A program made the translations under genes and the position numbers. From positions 1 through 64,000 of the forward strand of contig QPMI01000219.1 in the NCBI GenBank assembly GCA_004431415.1: 64,000 bases of DNA. The letters run 5' to 3'. Positions 35,501-47,958 of this stretch are shown here, one piece after another; position 1 is the stretch's first letter; the number at the start of each line of letters is the position of its first letter. Origin of the DNA: Cyanophora paradoxa CCMP329. Lineage: Eukaryota > Plantae > Glaucophyta. The notes beneath the pieces are model-generated. The model did not search any database. It had not been told where the DNA came from and saw only the letters and a list, made by a program, of their open reading frames with translations.

Positions 35501-37475
35501 CTGCCTAAGGCTAGCGCCTTGTGCATATCCCCCAGAGAGATTTGGGGTGCATCCTTCTTCTATTTTGTGGCAGATTCGAAAACTGGGGCATTTGACTGAG
35601 TGACTTGGTGGTGGGTGGGTCATCTGCCTAAGGCTAGCGCCTTGTGCATATTCCCCCAGAGAGATTTGGGGTGCATCTTCCTTTGATTTTTTCACAGATC
35701 CTAAACTGGGGCCTTCGACTGAGTGACTTGCTGGTGGGTGGGTCATCTGAGTGATGCTAGCACCTTGTGCATGTTCCCCCAGAGAGATTTGGGGTGCATC
35801 TTTCTTCTATTTTGTGGCAGATTGGAAACCTGGGGCATTTGACTGAGTGACTTGCTGGTGGGTGGGTCATCTGCCTAAGGCTAGCGCCTGATGCATATCC
35901 TCAGAGAGATTTGGGGTGCATCCTTCTTCTATTTTGTGGCAGATCAGAAACCTGGGGCCTTCGACTCTGTGACTTGCTGGTGGGTGGGTCATCTGCCTAA
36001 GGCTATCACCTTGTGCATATTCCCCCAGAGATATTTGGGGTGCATGTTTCTTCTATTTTGTGGCAGATTCAAAAACCGGGCATTTGACTGAGTGACTTGC
36101 TGGTGGGTGGGTCATCTGCCTAAGGCTAGCGCCTTGTGCATATCCCCCAGAGAGATTTGGGGTGCATCCTTCTTCTATTTTGTGGCAGATCGGAAACCTG
36201 GGGCCTTCGACTGAGTGACGTGCTGGTGGGTGGGTCATCTGCGTGATGCTAGCACCTTGTGCATGTTCCCCCAGAGAGATTTGGGGTGCATCTTTCTTCT
36301 ATTTTGTGGCAGATTGGAAACCTGGGGCATTTGACTGAGTGACTTGCTGGTGGGTGGGTCATTTGCCTAAGGCTAGAGCCTTGTTGGGGCATTTGACTGA
36401 GTGATTTGCTGGTGGGTGGGTCATCTGCCTAAGGCTAGCCCCTTTTGCATATTCCCCCAGAGAGATTTGGGGTGCATCTTCCTTTGATTTTTTCACAGAT
36501 CCTAAACCTGGGGCCTTCGACTGAGTGACTTGCTGGTGGGTGGGTCATCTGCGTGATGCTAGCGCCTTGTGCATGTTCCCCCAGAGAGATTTGGGGTGCA
36601 TCTTTCTTCTATTTTGTGGCAGATTGGAAACCTGGGGCATTTGACTGAGTGACTTGCTGGTGGGTGGGTCATCTGTCTAAGGCTAGCGCCTGATGCATAT
36701 CCTCAGAGAGATTTGGGGTGCATCCTTCTTCTATTTTGTGGCAGATTCAAAAACCGGGCATTTGACTGAGTGACTTGCTGGTGGGTGGGTCATCTGCCTA
36801 AGGCTAGCCCCTTTTGCATATTCCCCCAGAGAGATTTGGGGTGCATCTTCCTTTGATTTTTTCACAGATCCTAAACCTGGGGCCTTCGACTGAGTGACTT
36901 GCTGGTGGGTGGGTCATCTGCCTAAGGCTAGCGCCTTGTGCATATTCCCCCAGAGAGATTTGGGGTGCATCCTTCTTCTATTTTGTGGCAGATCGGAAAC
37001 CTGGGGCCTTCGACTGAGTGACGTGCTGGTGGGTGGGTCATCTGCGTGATGCTAGCACCTTGTGCATGTTCCCCCAGAGAGATTTGGGGTGCATCTTTCT
37101 TCTATTTTGTGGCAGATTGGAAACCTGGGGCATTTGACTGAGTGACTTGCTGGTGGGTGGGTTCATCTGCCTAAGGCTAGCGCCTTGTGCATATAACCCC
37201 AGAGAGATTTGGGGTGCATCCTTCTTCTATTTTGTGGCAGATCGGAAACCCGGGGCCTTCGACTCAGTGACTCGGTGGTGGGTGGGTCATCTGCCTAAGG
37301 CTATCACCTTGTGCATATTCCCCCAGAGAGATTTGGGGTGCATCTTTCTTCTATTTTGTGGCAGATTCGAAAACTGGGGCATTTGACTGAGTGACTTGGT
37401 GGTGGGTGGGTCATCTGCCTAAGGCTAGCGCCTTGTGCATATTCCCCCAGAGAGATTTGGGGTGCATCTTCCTTT
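32520..37475 (-). repeat. 124-bp satellite block (~40 monomers, distinct subfamily)
   Basis: Variants TGATGCTAGCACC and TTCCTTTGATTTTTTCACAG; internal periods ~1481 and ~615 bp. Confidence 0.97.
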
Positions 37476-40400
37476 ACAGCCCAAGGATCAGTAAACTTCG
37501 CATCCAATTTAGAAGAATGACGAGTCCGAATAGCCATGACCTTGACAAATTCACTAGGGACAAATCTTGGAGCAACGTTGTCAGGCCGATTAGCAAGAAT
37601 GAGTTGTTTTTCAGACTCGACATCGGAGTAAATGCGAGAAAAGCGACGAGCAAACATTTTCGCATACTCATTATGATTACCAGATGTTACGCCATCCGGA
37701 TTGATCAGAAGATCAACGGGAAGTACACATGGACGACCATACACCATTTCGAACGGCGTATATCCAGTACGAGGATTGCGATAGTTCCGAACTGCGAGTA
37801 ATGCGCAAGGAAGATAAAGATCCCATTCCTTCGGATTACGCTCACAATGGAAGCGAAGCCTTGTAATGAGCACATCGTTCAGTTTCTCGACGAGTCCTTG
37901 ACTCTGAGGATGATACGTAGACGAAAAGACAGCTTTTATTCCATAGAACTGCTGAAGAGATTGCAAAAGCGCATTCTTGAACTCCGAACCTTGATCCGAT
38001 GAAATCTTCCTGGGAACTCCATGAGTAGGAATCCAATGATCGAAGAGAGCACGAATGACGTAGATTGGAGATTTAGTTCGTGCAGGCAGCGCGAAAGACC
38101 ATCGGGTGAAGACATCAATAATCGTGACGAGATAGTTGTTGCCACGATTCGTCTTGGGAAGAGGACCGACAATATCGATCTCCAAGTGTTGCATAGGACC
38201 ATCCGCGAAGATAGGAATTTGAGGGATGTCCTTCGCACCACGAGAAGGCTTGACCAACTGGCAGTCAGGACATTTGAGGACGAAGTTGTGGATATCAGCG
38301 TACATAGACTTCCAGTAATATCGCCTCTTCATATGGTCGTACATCTTGCCAACGCCAGGATGCCCAAGAGATAAATGAACAGATTTGAGCACGGTAGACG
38401 TGAGATGAGCAGGGATGACAATTCTGTACAGCTTGTTGCCAGCAAGATGATGACAAAGGACTCCATCCTTGAGAACGAATTTGCTAGACTTGATCATCTT
38501 CTCGGCAAGTTTGTCAGTGCCCTCTGGTTCAATTGTGATGTCTTCTTCAAGGTATTTGATCACTGTTGACAGCAAAGAATCGTTGAGTTGCTCAGTCCTG
38601 ATGTGATCAGAGCCCAAGTTCAGCTGAAGTTCAATTGCATCCAGCAGCGAATAGAAATGGTTAGGAGTAGCCTCCATAGCTTCAATTGCACGAACAGCAG
38701 CATGTGCAATGCGAGACAAAGCATCCGCATCCTGATTATGTTTGCCAGGCTTGTAGTGCACATCAAAGTCAAACTCTTGCATTGAGAGAATCCATCTGGC
38801 AATGCGAGCATTGGGGAACTTCTTGGATGTCTTCAAGTATTGCAGAGCCGAATGATCCGACTTGATAATAAATTTCTGACCCTTGAGATACTGAGGAAAT
38901 TTCTTAGTGACAGCCCACCAGACAGCATATAGTTCTTGCTCAGTGACAGTCCATTTCTGTTGATCCTCAGTAAGTGGTTCGGCAGATGACAATCTCTTTG
39001 GTCCATTTCTTCTCCGAAGCATTGAACTTATGAGAAGCAAAAGACACAACTCGTTCATTCCCAGAAGAGTCCAATTGAGAAAGCACAGCTCCAACACCAG
39101 TCTTAGAAGCATCCGTCTTTAGAATGAACTGTTTGGAGAAGTCTGGAAATGCAAGAATGGGACTTGAGCCATGGATCTCCTTCAACTTGCGGAATGCAAA
39201 GTCTTCTTGATCTCTTCATTTGAAAATTGAGTTCTTGTTCGTGAGATCATGAAGTGGACCAGCAATGATAGCACAGTCGGGAATGAATATCCTGTAATAT
39301 CCAACTAACCCCAGAAAAGACCTAACCTGAGAAGCATCTTTAGGAGTTGGAAAGGTTTTCACTGCAGCAATCTTGGAAGGGGAAGGTTTGATTCCATTGA
39401 ATGTGACTAAGAAACCCAGATATTCGACTTCAGCCTGGAAGAACTTGCACTTCTTCGGTTTCAGTCGAAGATTAGCAGCATACAGAGCATCTATAACCCA
39501 TTGAAGATCCTTGAAGTGTTGCTCCAGCGATTTGGAGAACACACAGATGTCGTCCAGATACACCAGAACAAAAACATACAGATATGTACCCAAAACCTGA
39601 TTCATCAACATTTGAAACGTTGCAGGGGCCGTCTTGAGACCCTGAGGCATAACGTTCCACTCAAAGAGTCCATGGGGAGCACGAAAAGCAGTTTTCTCCC
39701 TATCATTCTGATCCATTTCGACACCCCAGTAGCCATCTGGGATATCACCAGTAGAGATATATATAGCACCCGACAAAGCTTCTAATGCATCATCTATGCG
39801 TGGGAGGGGATATGCATCATCAGAGGTGACAGCGTTGAGTCTCCGATAATCAATGCAGAACCGCCAGGAACCATCCTTCTTCTTGACAAGGACGACAGGA
39901 GCCGCCCAAGCAGATCGAGAAGGCTTGATTAAATTGCGCTCCAGAAGAGATTTGGTCTCATCAAGAACTTTCTGACGTTCTGTTGCAGACATCCTCCAAG
40001 GAGGTTCAGCAATGGGAGCTGCATTCCCAGTAGGAATGGTATGTTTGATTGGAGGTTTAGGAGTATTTGGATCATAAACCGAAGGCTTATCTTGGAAGAC
40101 CTTGATATTCTTCTCAAGAAACTCATACATGCGAGCACGATCCTCAGACTTGTCTCCTCTATCTCCAACATCAATCTGGCGAAGAATATCAGCAGCAGGC
40201 TCACCGAATCGTTGCTTAAGCTCCTCAAACGACAGAGACTTCGCCTCATCAATGGATACTTGATATTGAAGATGAGCAGTGGGAGTGAATGGGGGAACCA
40301 TAGATACCGAAGAACTCTTGGAATGCATATCAAGCGATGTAGAAGAACCTACCTCTGGCTGCAGTGAAGAAGAAATTGAGGGAGAAGAATTGGCAGATTG

Positions 40401-43400
40401 GTATTTCAGAGGCCCATGTCCATGTGGAATCTCAGAATGATCAGTGATCTCAGAAGGTTTGTGCTGAGAGAAAGAACGCTGAGAGGTCAGAACAGCTTCG
40501 GCAGAAGTGACATTAACTTCCTTGGCACAAGACTCATCGGAAGCAGGAGGGGCGCCATTGTTTAAATACTCCAGGCTTCCACGCCCATCTTGGTCATAAG
40601 AAAGTACAAGGCCAATGTCACAAATCTCAGAAACAACTCTGCTCAAGGGAACAAATCGAGCAAGTTTGAGACCACGAGGCACTGTTGTGGCGGGACCACC
40701 TTGTTGCCGGTCAAAATTCACCACAAGTGCCTTGACTCTGCACCACAAGTGCCTTGACAAGTGCATATCCACTGGCCACGTGAATCATGGGATTGCCGTC
40801 CCATTCATAGCGAACTTCAATCTTGCCTCCACCGTCTTGAACAACTCAACCCACTTTTGTTCTCCAGGTGCAATTTTAACTGATCTTGCCACCTCCAGCA
40901 CCACTCCATGCTCCTGAGGTGTCCAGCTACTGCATGAACTTGAATTCTTCTCAGGTGGAGCAGGTGGAGAGTCCGGCTCTGACTCCTGTGGCCGATCAGT
41001 GCCTTGACAAATTGGGAAAATCTTACATTCAACAGGCTTGTCCTTGAACCGTGAGAAGGTAACAGTGCGCCGTCCATCTTCCAAATTCTGGTAAGTGACT
41101 CCATGGGCACTAAAGAAGTCCTGTCCCAAGATTCCATCATCGGAAAATCGAGGGAAATCGCAAACCAGGAAAGGGATAGAAGTAGTCAAGGGACCAACTG
41201 TCCCAGAAATGACAATCTCTCCCGGAACATGAATGACTTCTGAATTTGGAAGGCGAACTGAAGGCATGTGACGAGTTCGAAACAGCTTATGTTCAAGACC
41301 AAGATCCTTCACATGATGCAAAAGAATAATGGAAATGTCCGCTCCTCCTCCAGGTCGTTCAGATTATCCCCTCAGATGGAGCTGACGACCGCCCTGTGAA
41401 TACATGGCCCAATCAAATGCAACTCGACCACAATTATGCTTGGAAGCAAGTTCTTATCAAGCTTGGATCCTGTTTTGCTCATGCTGAAAATGGAGCTGAT
41501 TTCTGTCGTAAGGCTCTGCGAACTGCCTCATGGCCCGATTTCTTGAAGCAGTTCGATGAGTATTATCGACACAAGAGTGTTCAGCGTGATGCACGCAAGA
41601 AGTTCTGGGGCCTTAGCTATGCGGACGCCGTTCGTGACAATGGCAACATTCCAGTTCCATATGAGCAATTTTCCTCTACTGTGTTCCAATACGCAAAAGA
41701 GGTGAGACCCACAATCACGGACAACGAGATTATGAGTCATGTTTGGACTGAGTGCGGATTTCCTGGGGAGCTTCCCAGTGATCTTAAGAATCGTGCGCAA
41801 TTCGATCACAGGTTGCGTACGATGTGGATTTCGTTTGTTCGAAGCGCGAATGTTGGAGCTTCGCCTTTCTTTTTCAATTCTCCTAATCCGACGCTTCCAA
41901 AATTCTCGAATCCTGCGATAAACGCATTTTCTACTACCGAGCGCAGCAACTTCGTTACGCGCTCAGAGTTCGAGGATTTTAAGGCTGAATTGGCGAAAGA
42001 AGTTGATTCGAAAGTGAATCGCCTCGATCGCAAAATTGACGATCGTCTTGATGAATTGCGTGCTGATTTGCGCGATAACAATCGCCTGTTGCGCAGCATT
42101 GCTTCGTCGCTGAAATTTTCTGATGCTGGTGCGCAAAACCGATCTCACGGAGGCGATGTCCAGCGCAGAGGCGACACTTGGCGTGGCTCGTACAACTTCG
42201 ACAAGTCTGGTCCCTCGTCTCGAGGTGGTCGACCCCCTGCTCAGCGCGGACGCTCTCAGGAACGTCGCTCTGTGTCGGCTGATCCTGGTCGCCGAGGCAG
42301 CTCCCAGCCTCGCGGCTCGGGAAACGCCTAGCCCCGCGTGTTCTGCTCCGCCAGGCTGGGGCGAAGTTGAAGCCAGCCAACCCTCGAGGCTCACTCGTGT
42401 CTCTTGCCCCGTTGATAACTTTCAATGAGTTTCTTCGTCGCTCGAGTGCACGTGGTGGTGTCTCTCTCTCTCATCCTTCTCCTATTGTCAATACGCATCC
42501 TTCTAACCCATCCTCCAATCCCTGTTCTGTTCCTCGAGTCCCTTTACCAGTACGGAGGGAAAACGTCATTTCAAGTGAATTACCTATTGTGGCCAAGCCT
42601 GTTCGTCCTTCCGATGGCGAACATACTTTCAATGGTCAAACGCAGTTGCGTGAGCAAACGCAAGACGCTGGGAATGTGCCTGCTCCAAGAACAGTGCAAA
42701 TATTGAAGTCCAATGGTTTGATCGAGGAGAGGCAGTTTGCTTCGAGTTCTGATGCCCTTGGTCAATCCAATGCTACTTCTAAACTTGACATTCGTTCTTT
42801 TCCACGCAAGCACTATGCAAATCTTGCGAAATATTCGAATCTGGCCCCAGTGGCTGCTTCTCTTGAATATGATGGGCATAACACTTACATACTCAACTCT
42901 GTGGACCTGAAGCATACCCCCGGAGGTCCTGCAGTTGCTGGACGTCGATTTGCGACTACTCCACCTGGTCGGTCACTGCTAGAGGTCAAAATAAAGGGTT
43001 GAGCCTACTCCTTTTTGCTGGACACAGTGCTTGCACACTCTCCAGCCAATCAGTAGGAGAAGAGGCAGAGAAAGCAGGGAAAGTAGCGGTTTTGAGGAAG
43101 GGCTTGAGCACGTTCACATTAGGCTGTGCCATGTCGTCTTCCTGGTTAATGTCGTCTAGGGGTTCAGACAGGGATTCTGCTGCGAGGTCACCAAGGACTT
43201 CTGTCAGCAGATGGTCGAGCACAAAGTCCAGCAGTGCGGTCAAGCTCCTTGTAGCACTCGCCAGATTGAAATAGAAGAGAGCAGTACTACTGAAGCAGCA
43301 GGAAAGCGTCTAGATGACGAGAGCAAGACTTCATGACAGGAAGGGGTGTTGTGGAAGGTTCCACAGAAAACCGTCAGAACGCACTCAGGTGGCGAGAAAC

Positions 43401-43874
43401 CATGCGCAAGAGTTTTTTATAGCTCAGTAGCACACGGAATGACCGCAGAACGCGAGGTTCAGCGAAGTTCTAGAACATTCCATGCCAGAAGTCCAGCACG
43501 TGCGCGCGCGCGCAGAGCAGCTGTGCGATGTCCCAACGATGCGTATAGGTAATAGTTACACACAAAAGCACATTTAAGAACGATTGGCGCCTATACGCGC
43601 GACGACAGACGAGTTCCAAGATTCAAGCGCGTAGCATCGAAAGGAAGCCGTCAAATACGACAAAGAAGAAGATTATACACTTTCCCGCGGCAGAGCGGTT
43701 CTGCACAGCGGCCCCCAAATGATAAGGATTGTGGACACTTTATTATTGGACACACCAAGACTGGGGTGCGGGGGCACACGAAGGGGATACAAATATCCTA
43801 TGCCATAAGAGAAAGAGGGGCGAAGTAGGGGGCAATCTACGACACAGAACCCGATCCAGCTACACTCCACATCA
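37476..43874 (-). mobile_element. Gypsy B copy 2 (3'-truncated, several indels, internal inversion 41347-43025; 5' LTR 43720-43874)
   Basis: Near-identical to 8494-14925 after re-inverting the internal segment. Confidence 0.94.
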
Positions 43875-46800
43875 AGGTGGGTCATCTGCCTAAGGCTAGA
43901 GCCTTGTGCATATTCCCCCAGAGAGATTTGGGGTGCATCTTTCTTCTATTTTGTGGCTGATCGGAACCTGCGGCCTCCGACTGGGTGACTTGCTGGTTGG
44001 AAGAGTCATCTGCCTAAGGCTAGCGCCTTGTGCATGTTCCCAGAGATATTTGGGGTGCATCTTTCTTCTATTTTGTGGCAGATCGGAACCTGGGGCATTG
44101 GACTGAGTGACTTGCTTTTGGGAGGGTCATCTGCCTAAGGCTAGCGCCTTGTGCATATTCCCCCAGAGAGATTTGGGGTGCATCTTTCTTCTATTTTGTG
44201 GCAGATCGGAAACCTGCGGCCTCCGACTGGGTGACTTGCTGGTTGGAAGAGTCATCTGCCTAAGGCTAGCGCCTTGTGCATTTTCCCAGAGATATTTGGG
44301 GTGCATCTTTCTTCTTTTTTGTGGCAGATCGGAAACCTGGGGTTTTTGATTGAGTGACTTGCTTTTGGGAGGGTCATCTGCCTAAGGCTAGCGCCTTGTG
44401 CATATTCCCCCAGAGAGATTTGAGGTGCATCATTCTTCTATTTTGTGGAAGATCAGAAACCTGGTGCCTTTGACTGGGTGACTTGCTGGTGGGTGGGTCA
44501 TCTGCCTAAGGCTAGCGCCTTGTGCATATTCCCCCAGAGAGATGTGAAGTGCATCTTTCTTCTATTTTGTGGAAGATCAGAAACCTGGTGCCTCTGACTG
44601 GGTGACTTGCTGGTGGGTGGGTCATCTGCCTAAGGCTAGCGCCTTGTACATATTCCCCCAGAGAGATATGGGGTGCATCTTTCTTCTATTTTCTGGCAGA
44701 TCGGAAACCTGGGGTGTTGGATTGAGTGACTTGCTTTTGGGAGGGTCATCTTCTTAAGGCTAGCGCCTTGTGCATATTCCCCCAGAGAGATTTGGGGTAA
44801 ATCTTTCTTCTATTTTCTGGCAGATCGGAACCTGCGGCCTCCGACTGGGTGACTTGCTGGTTGGAAGAGTCATCTGCCTAAGGCTAGCGCCTTGTGCATA
44901 TTCCCCCAGAGAAATTTGGGGTGCATCTTTCTTCTATTTTGTGACAGATCGGTAATCTGGGGCGTTGGACTGGGTGACTTGCTGGTGGGTGGGTCATCTG
45001 CCTAAGGCTAGGGCCTTGTGCATATTCCCCCAGAGAGATTTGGGGTGCATCTTTCTTCTATTTTGTGGCAGATCGGAAACCTGGGGCCTTTGACTGAGTG
45101 ACTTGCTGGTGGGTGGGTCATCTGCCTAAGGCTAGCGCCTTGTGCATATTCCCCCAGAGAGATTTGGGGTGCATCTTTCTTCTATTTTGTGGCAGATCGG
45201 AAACCTGCGGCCTCCGACTGGGTGACTTGCTGGTTGGAAGAGTCATCTGCCTAAGGCTAGCGCCTTGTGCATGTTCCCGGAGATATTTGGGGTGCATCTT
45301 TCTTCTTTTTTGTGGCAGATCGGAAACCTGGGGTTTTTGATTGAGTGACTTGCTTTTGGGAGGGTCATCTGCCTAAGGCTAGCGCCTTGTGCATATTCCC
45401 CCAGAGAGATTTGAGGTGCATCATTCTTCTATTTTGTGGAAGATCAGAAACCTGGTGCCTTTGACTGGGTGACTTGCTGGTGGGTGGGTCATCTGCCTAA
45501 GGCTAGCGCCTTGTGCATATTCCCCCAGAGAGATGTGAAGTGCATCTTTCTTCTATTTTGTGGAAGATCAGAAACCTGGTGCCTCTGACTGGGTGACTTG
45601 CTGGTGGGTGGGTCATCTGCCTAAGGCTAGCGCCTTGTACATATTCCCCCAGAGAGATTTGGGGTGCATCTTTCTTCTATTTTCTGGCAGATCGGAAACC
45701 TGGGGTGTTGGATTGAGTGACTTGCTTTTGGGAGGGACATCTTCTTAAGGCTAGCGCCTTGTGCATATTCCCCCAGAGAGATTTGGGGTGCATCTTTCTT
45801 CTATTTTCTGGCAGATCGGAAACCTGGGGCCTTCGACTGAGTGACTTGGTGGCAGGTGGGTCATTTGCCTAAGGCTAGAGCCTTGTGCATATTCCCCCAG
45901 AGAGATGTGAAGTGCATCTTTCTTCTATTTTGTGGCAGGTTGGTAATCTGGGGCGTTGGACTGAGTGACTTGCTTTTGGAAGAGTCATCTGCCTAAGGCT
46001 AGCGCCTTGTGCATATTCCCCCAGAGAGATTTGGGGTGCATCTTTCTTCTATTTTCTGGCAGATCGGAAACCTGGGGCCTTCGACTGAGTGACTTAGTGG
46101 CAGGTGGGGCATTTGCCTAAGGCTAGAGCCTTGTGCATATTCCCCCAGAGAGATGTGAAGTGCATCTTTCTTCTATTTTGTGGCAGGTTGGTAATCTGGG
46201 GCGTTGGACTGAGTGACTTGCTTTTGAAAGAGTCGTCTGCCTAAGGCTAGCGCCTTGTGCATATTCCCCCAGAGAAATTTGGGGTGCATCTTTCTTCTAT
46301 TTTGTCACAGATCGGTAATCTGGGGCGTTGGACTGAGTGACTTGCTGGTGGGTGGGTCATCTGCCTAAGGCTAGGGCCTTGTGCATATTCTCCCAGAGAG
46401 ATTTGGGGTGCATCTTTCTTCTATTTTGTGGCTGATCGGAACCTGCGGCCTCCGACTGGGTGACTTGCTGGTTGGAAGAGTCATCTGCCTAAGGCTAGCG
46501 CCTTGTGCATGTTCCCAGAGATATTTGGGGTGCATCTTTCTTCTTTTTTGTGGCAGATCGGAAACCTGGGGTTTTTGATTGAGTGACTTGCTTTTGGGAG
46601 GGTCATCTGCCTAGGGCTAGCGCCTTGTGCATATTCCCCCAGAGAGATTTGGGGTGCATCTTTCTTCTATTTTCTGGCAGATCGGAAACCTGGGGCCTTC
46701 GACTGAGTGACTTAGTGGCAGGTGGGTCATTTGCCTAAGGCTAGAGCCTTGTGCATATTCCCCCAGAGAGATGTGAGGTGAATCTTTCTTCTATTTTGTG

Positions 46801-47646
46801 GCAGGTTGGTAATCTGGGGCGTTGGACTGAGTGACTTGCTTTTGGAAGAGTCATCTGCCTAAGGCTAGCGCCTTGTGCATATTCCCCCAGAGAGATTTGG
46901 GGTGCATCTTTCTTCTATTTTCTGGCAGATCGGAAACCTGGGGCCTTCGACTGAGTGACTTAGTGGCAGGTGGGTCATTTGCCTAAGGCTAGAGCCTTGT
47001 GCATATTCCCCCAGAGAGATGTGAAGTGCATCTTTCTTCTATTTTGTGGCAGGTTGGTAATCTGGGGCGTTGGACTGAGTGACTTGCTTTTGGAAGAGTC
47101 ATCTGCCTAGGCTAGCGCCTTGTGCATATTCCCCCAGAGAAATTTGGGGTGCATCTTTCTTCTATTTTGTCACAGATCGGTAATCTGGGGCGTTGGACTG
47201 AGTGACTTGCTGGTGGGTGGGTCATCTGCCTAAGGCTAGCGCCTTGTACATATTCCCCCAGAGAGATTTGGGGTGCATCTTTCTTCTATTTTCTGGCAGA
47301 TCGGAAACCTGGGGCCTTTGACTGAGTGACTTGCTGGTGGGTGGGTCATCTTCCTTAGGCTAGCGCCTTGTGCATATTCCCCCAGAGAGATGTGAAGTGC
47401 ATCTTTCTTCTATTTTCTGGCAGATCGGAAACCTGAGGCCTTCGACTGAGTGACTTGGTGGCAGGTGGGTCATTTGCCTAAGGCTAGAGCCTTGTGCATA
47501 TTCCCCCAGAGAGATGTGAGGTGCATCTTTCTTCTATTTTGTGGCAGGTTGGTAATCTGGGGCGTTGGACTGAGTGACTTGCTTTTGGAAGAGTCATCTG
47601 CCTAAGGCTAGCGCCTTGTGCATATTCCCCCAGAGAGATTTGGGGT
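43875..47646 (-). repeat. 124-bp satellite block (~30 monomers; 991-bp higher-order duplication)
   Basis: Tandem monomers; matching variants at 44107/45098 and 44569/45560. Confidence 0.97.
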
Positions 47647-47958
47647 GAAAAAGTCGTTTCTTTTGCTTCTCACAAATTCTCATCTCCTGAGAAGAAGTGG
47701 AATCGGGAAGTTGTTATTGAATATGCAGCTGAGTCCCTTTCTGATGAGCAGCAGAAATGGACAGTCACGGAGCAGGAGTTGTATGCAATTTGGTGGGCTG
47801 TCACCAAGAAATTTCCTCAATATCTCCGTGGCAAGAAGTTTATTATCAAGTCTGATCACTCGGCTCTTCAATATTTGAAATCGGCTAAGAAGTTGCCCAG
47901 TGCTCGCATCACTCGCTGGATTATGGATATGCAAGAGTTTGATTTCGAAATCCAGCAC
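47647..47958 (+). pseudogene. pol: Gypsy A pol, piece 3 (RNase H core)
   Basis: EKVVSFASHKF...TEQELYAIWWAV...SDHSALQYL...FDFEIQH fills the gap between pieces 2 and 4 exactly. Confidence 0.88.
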
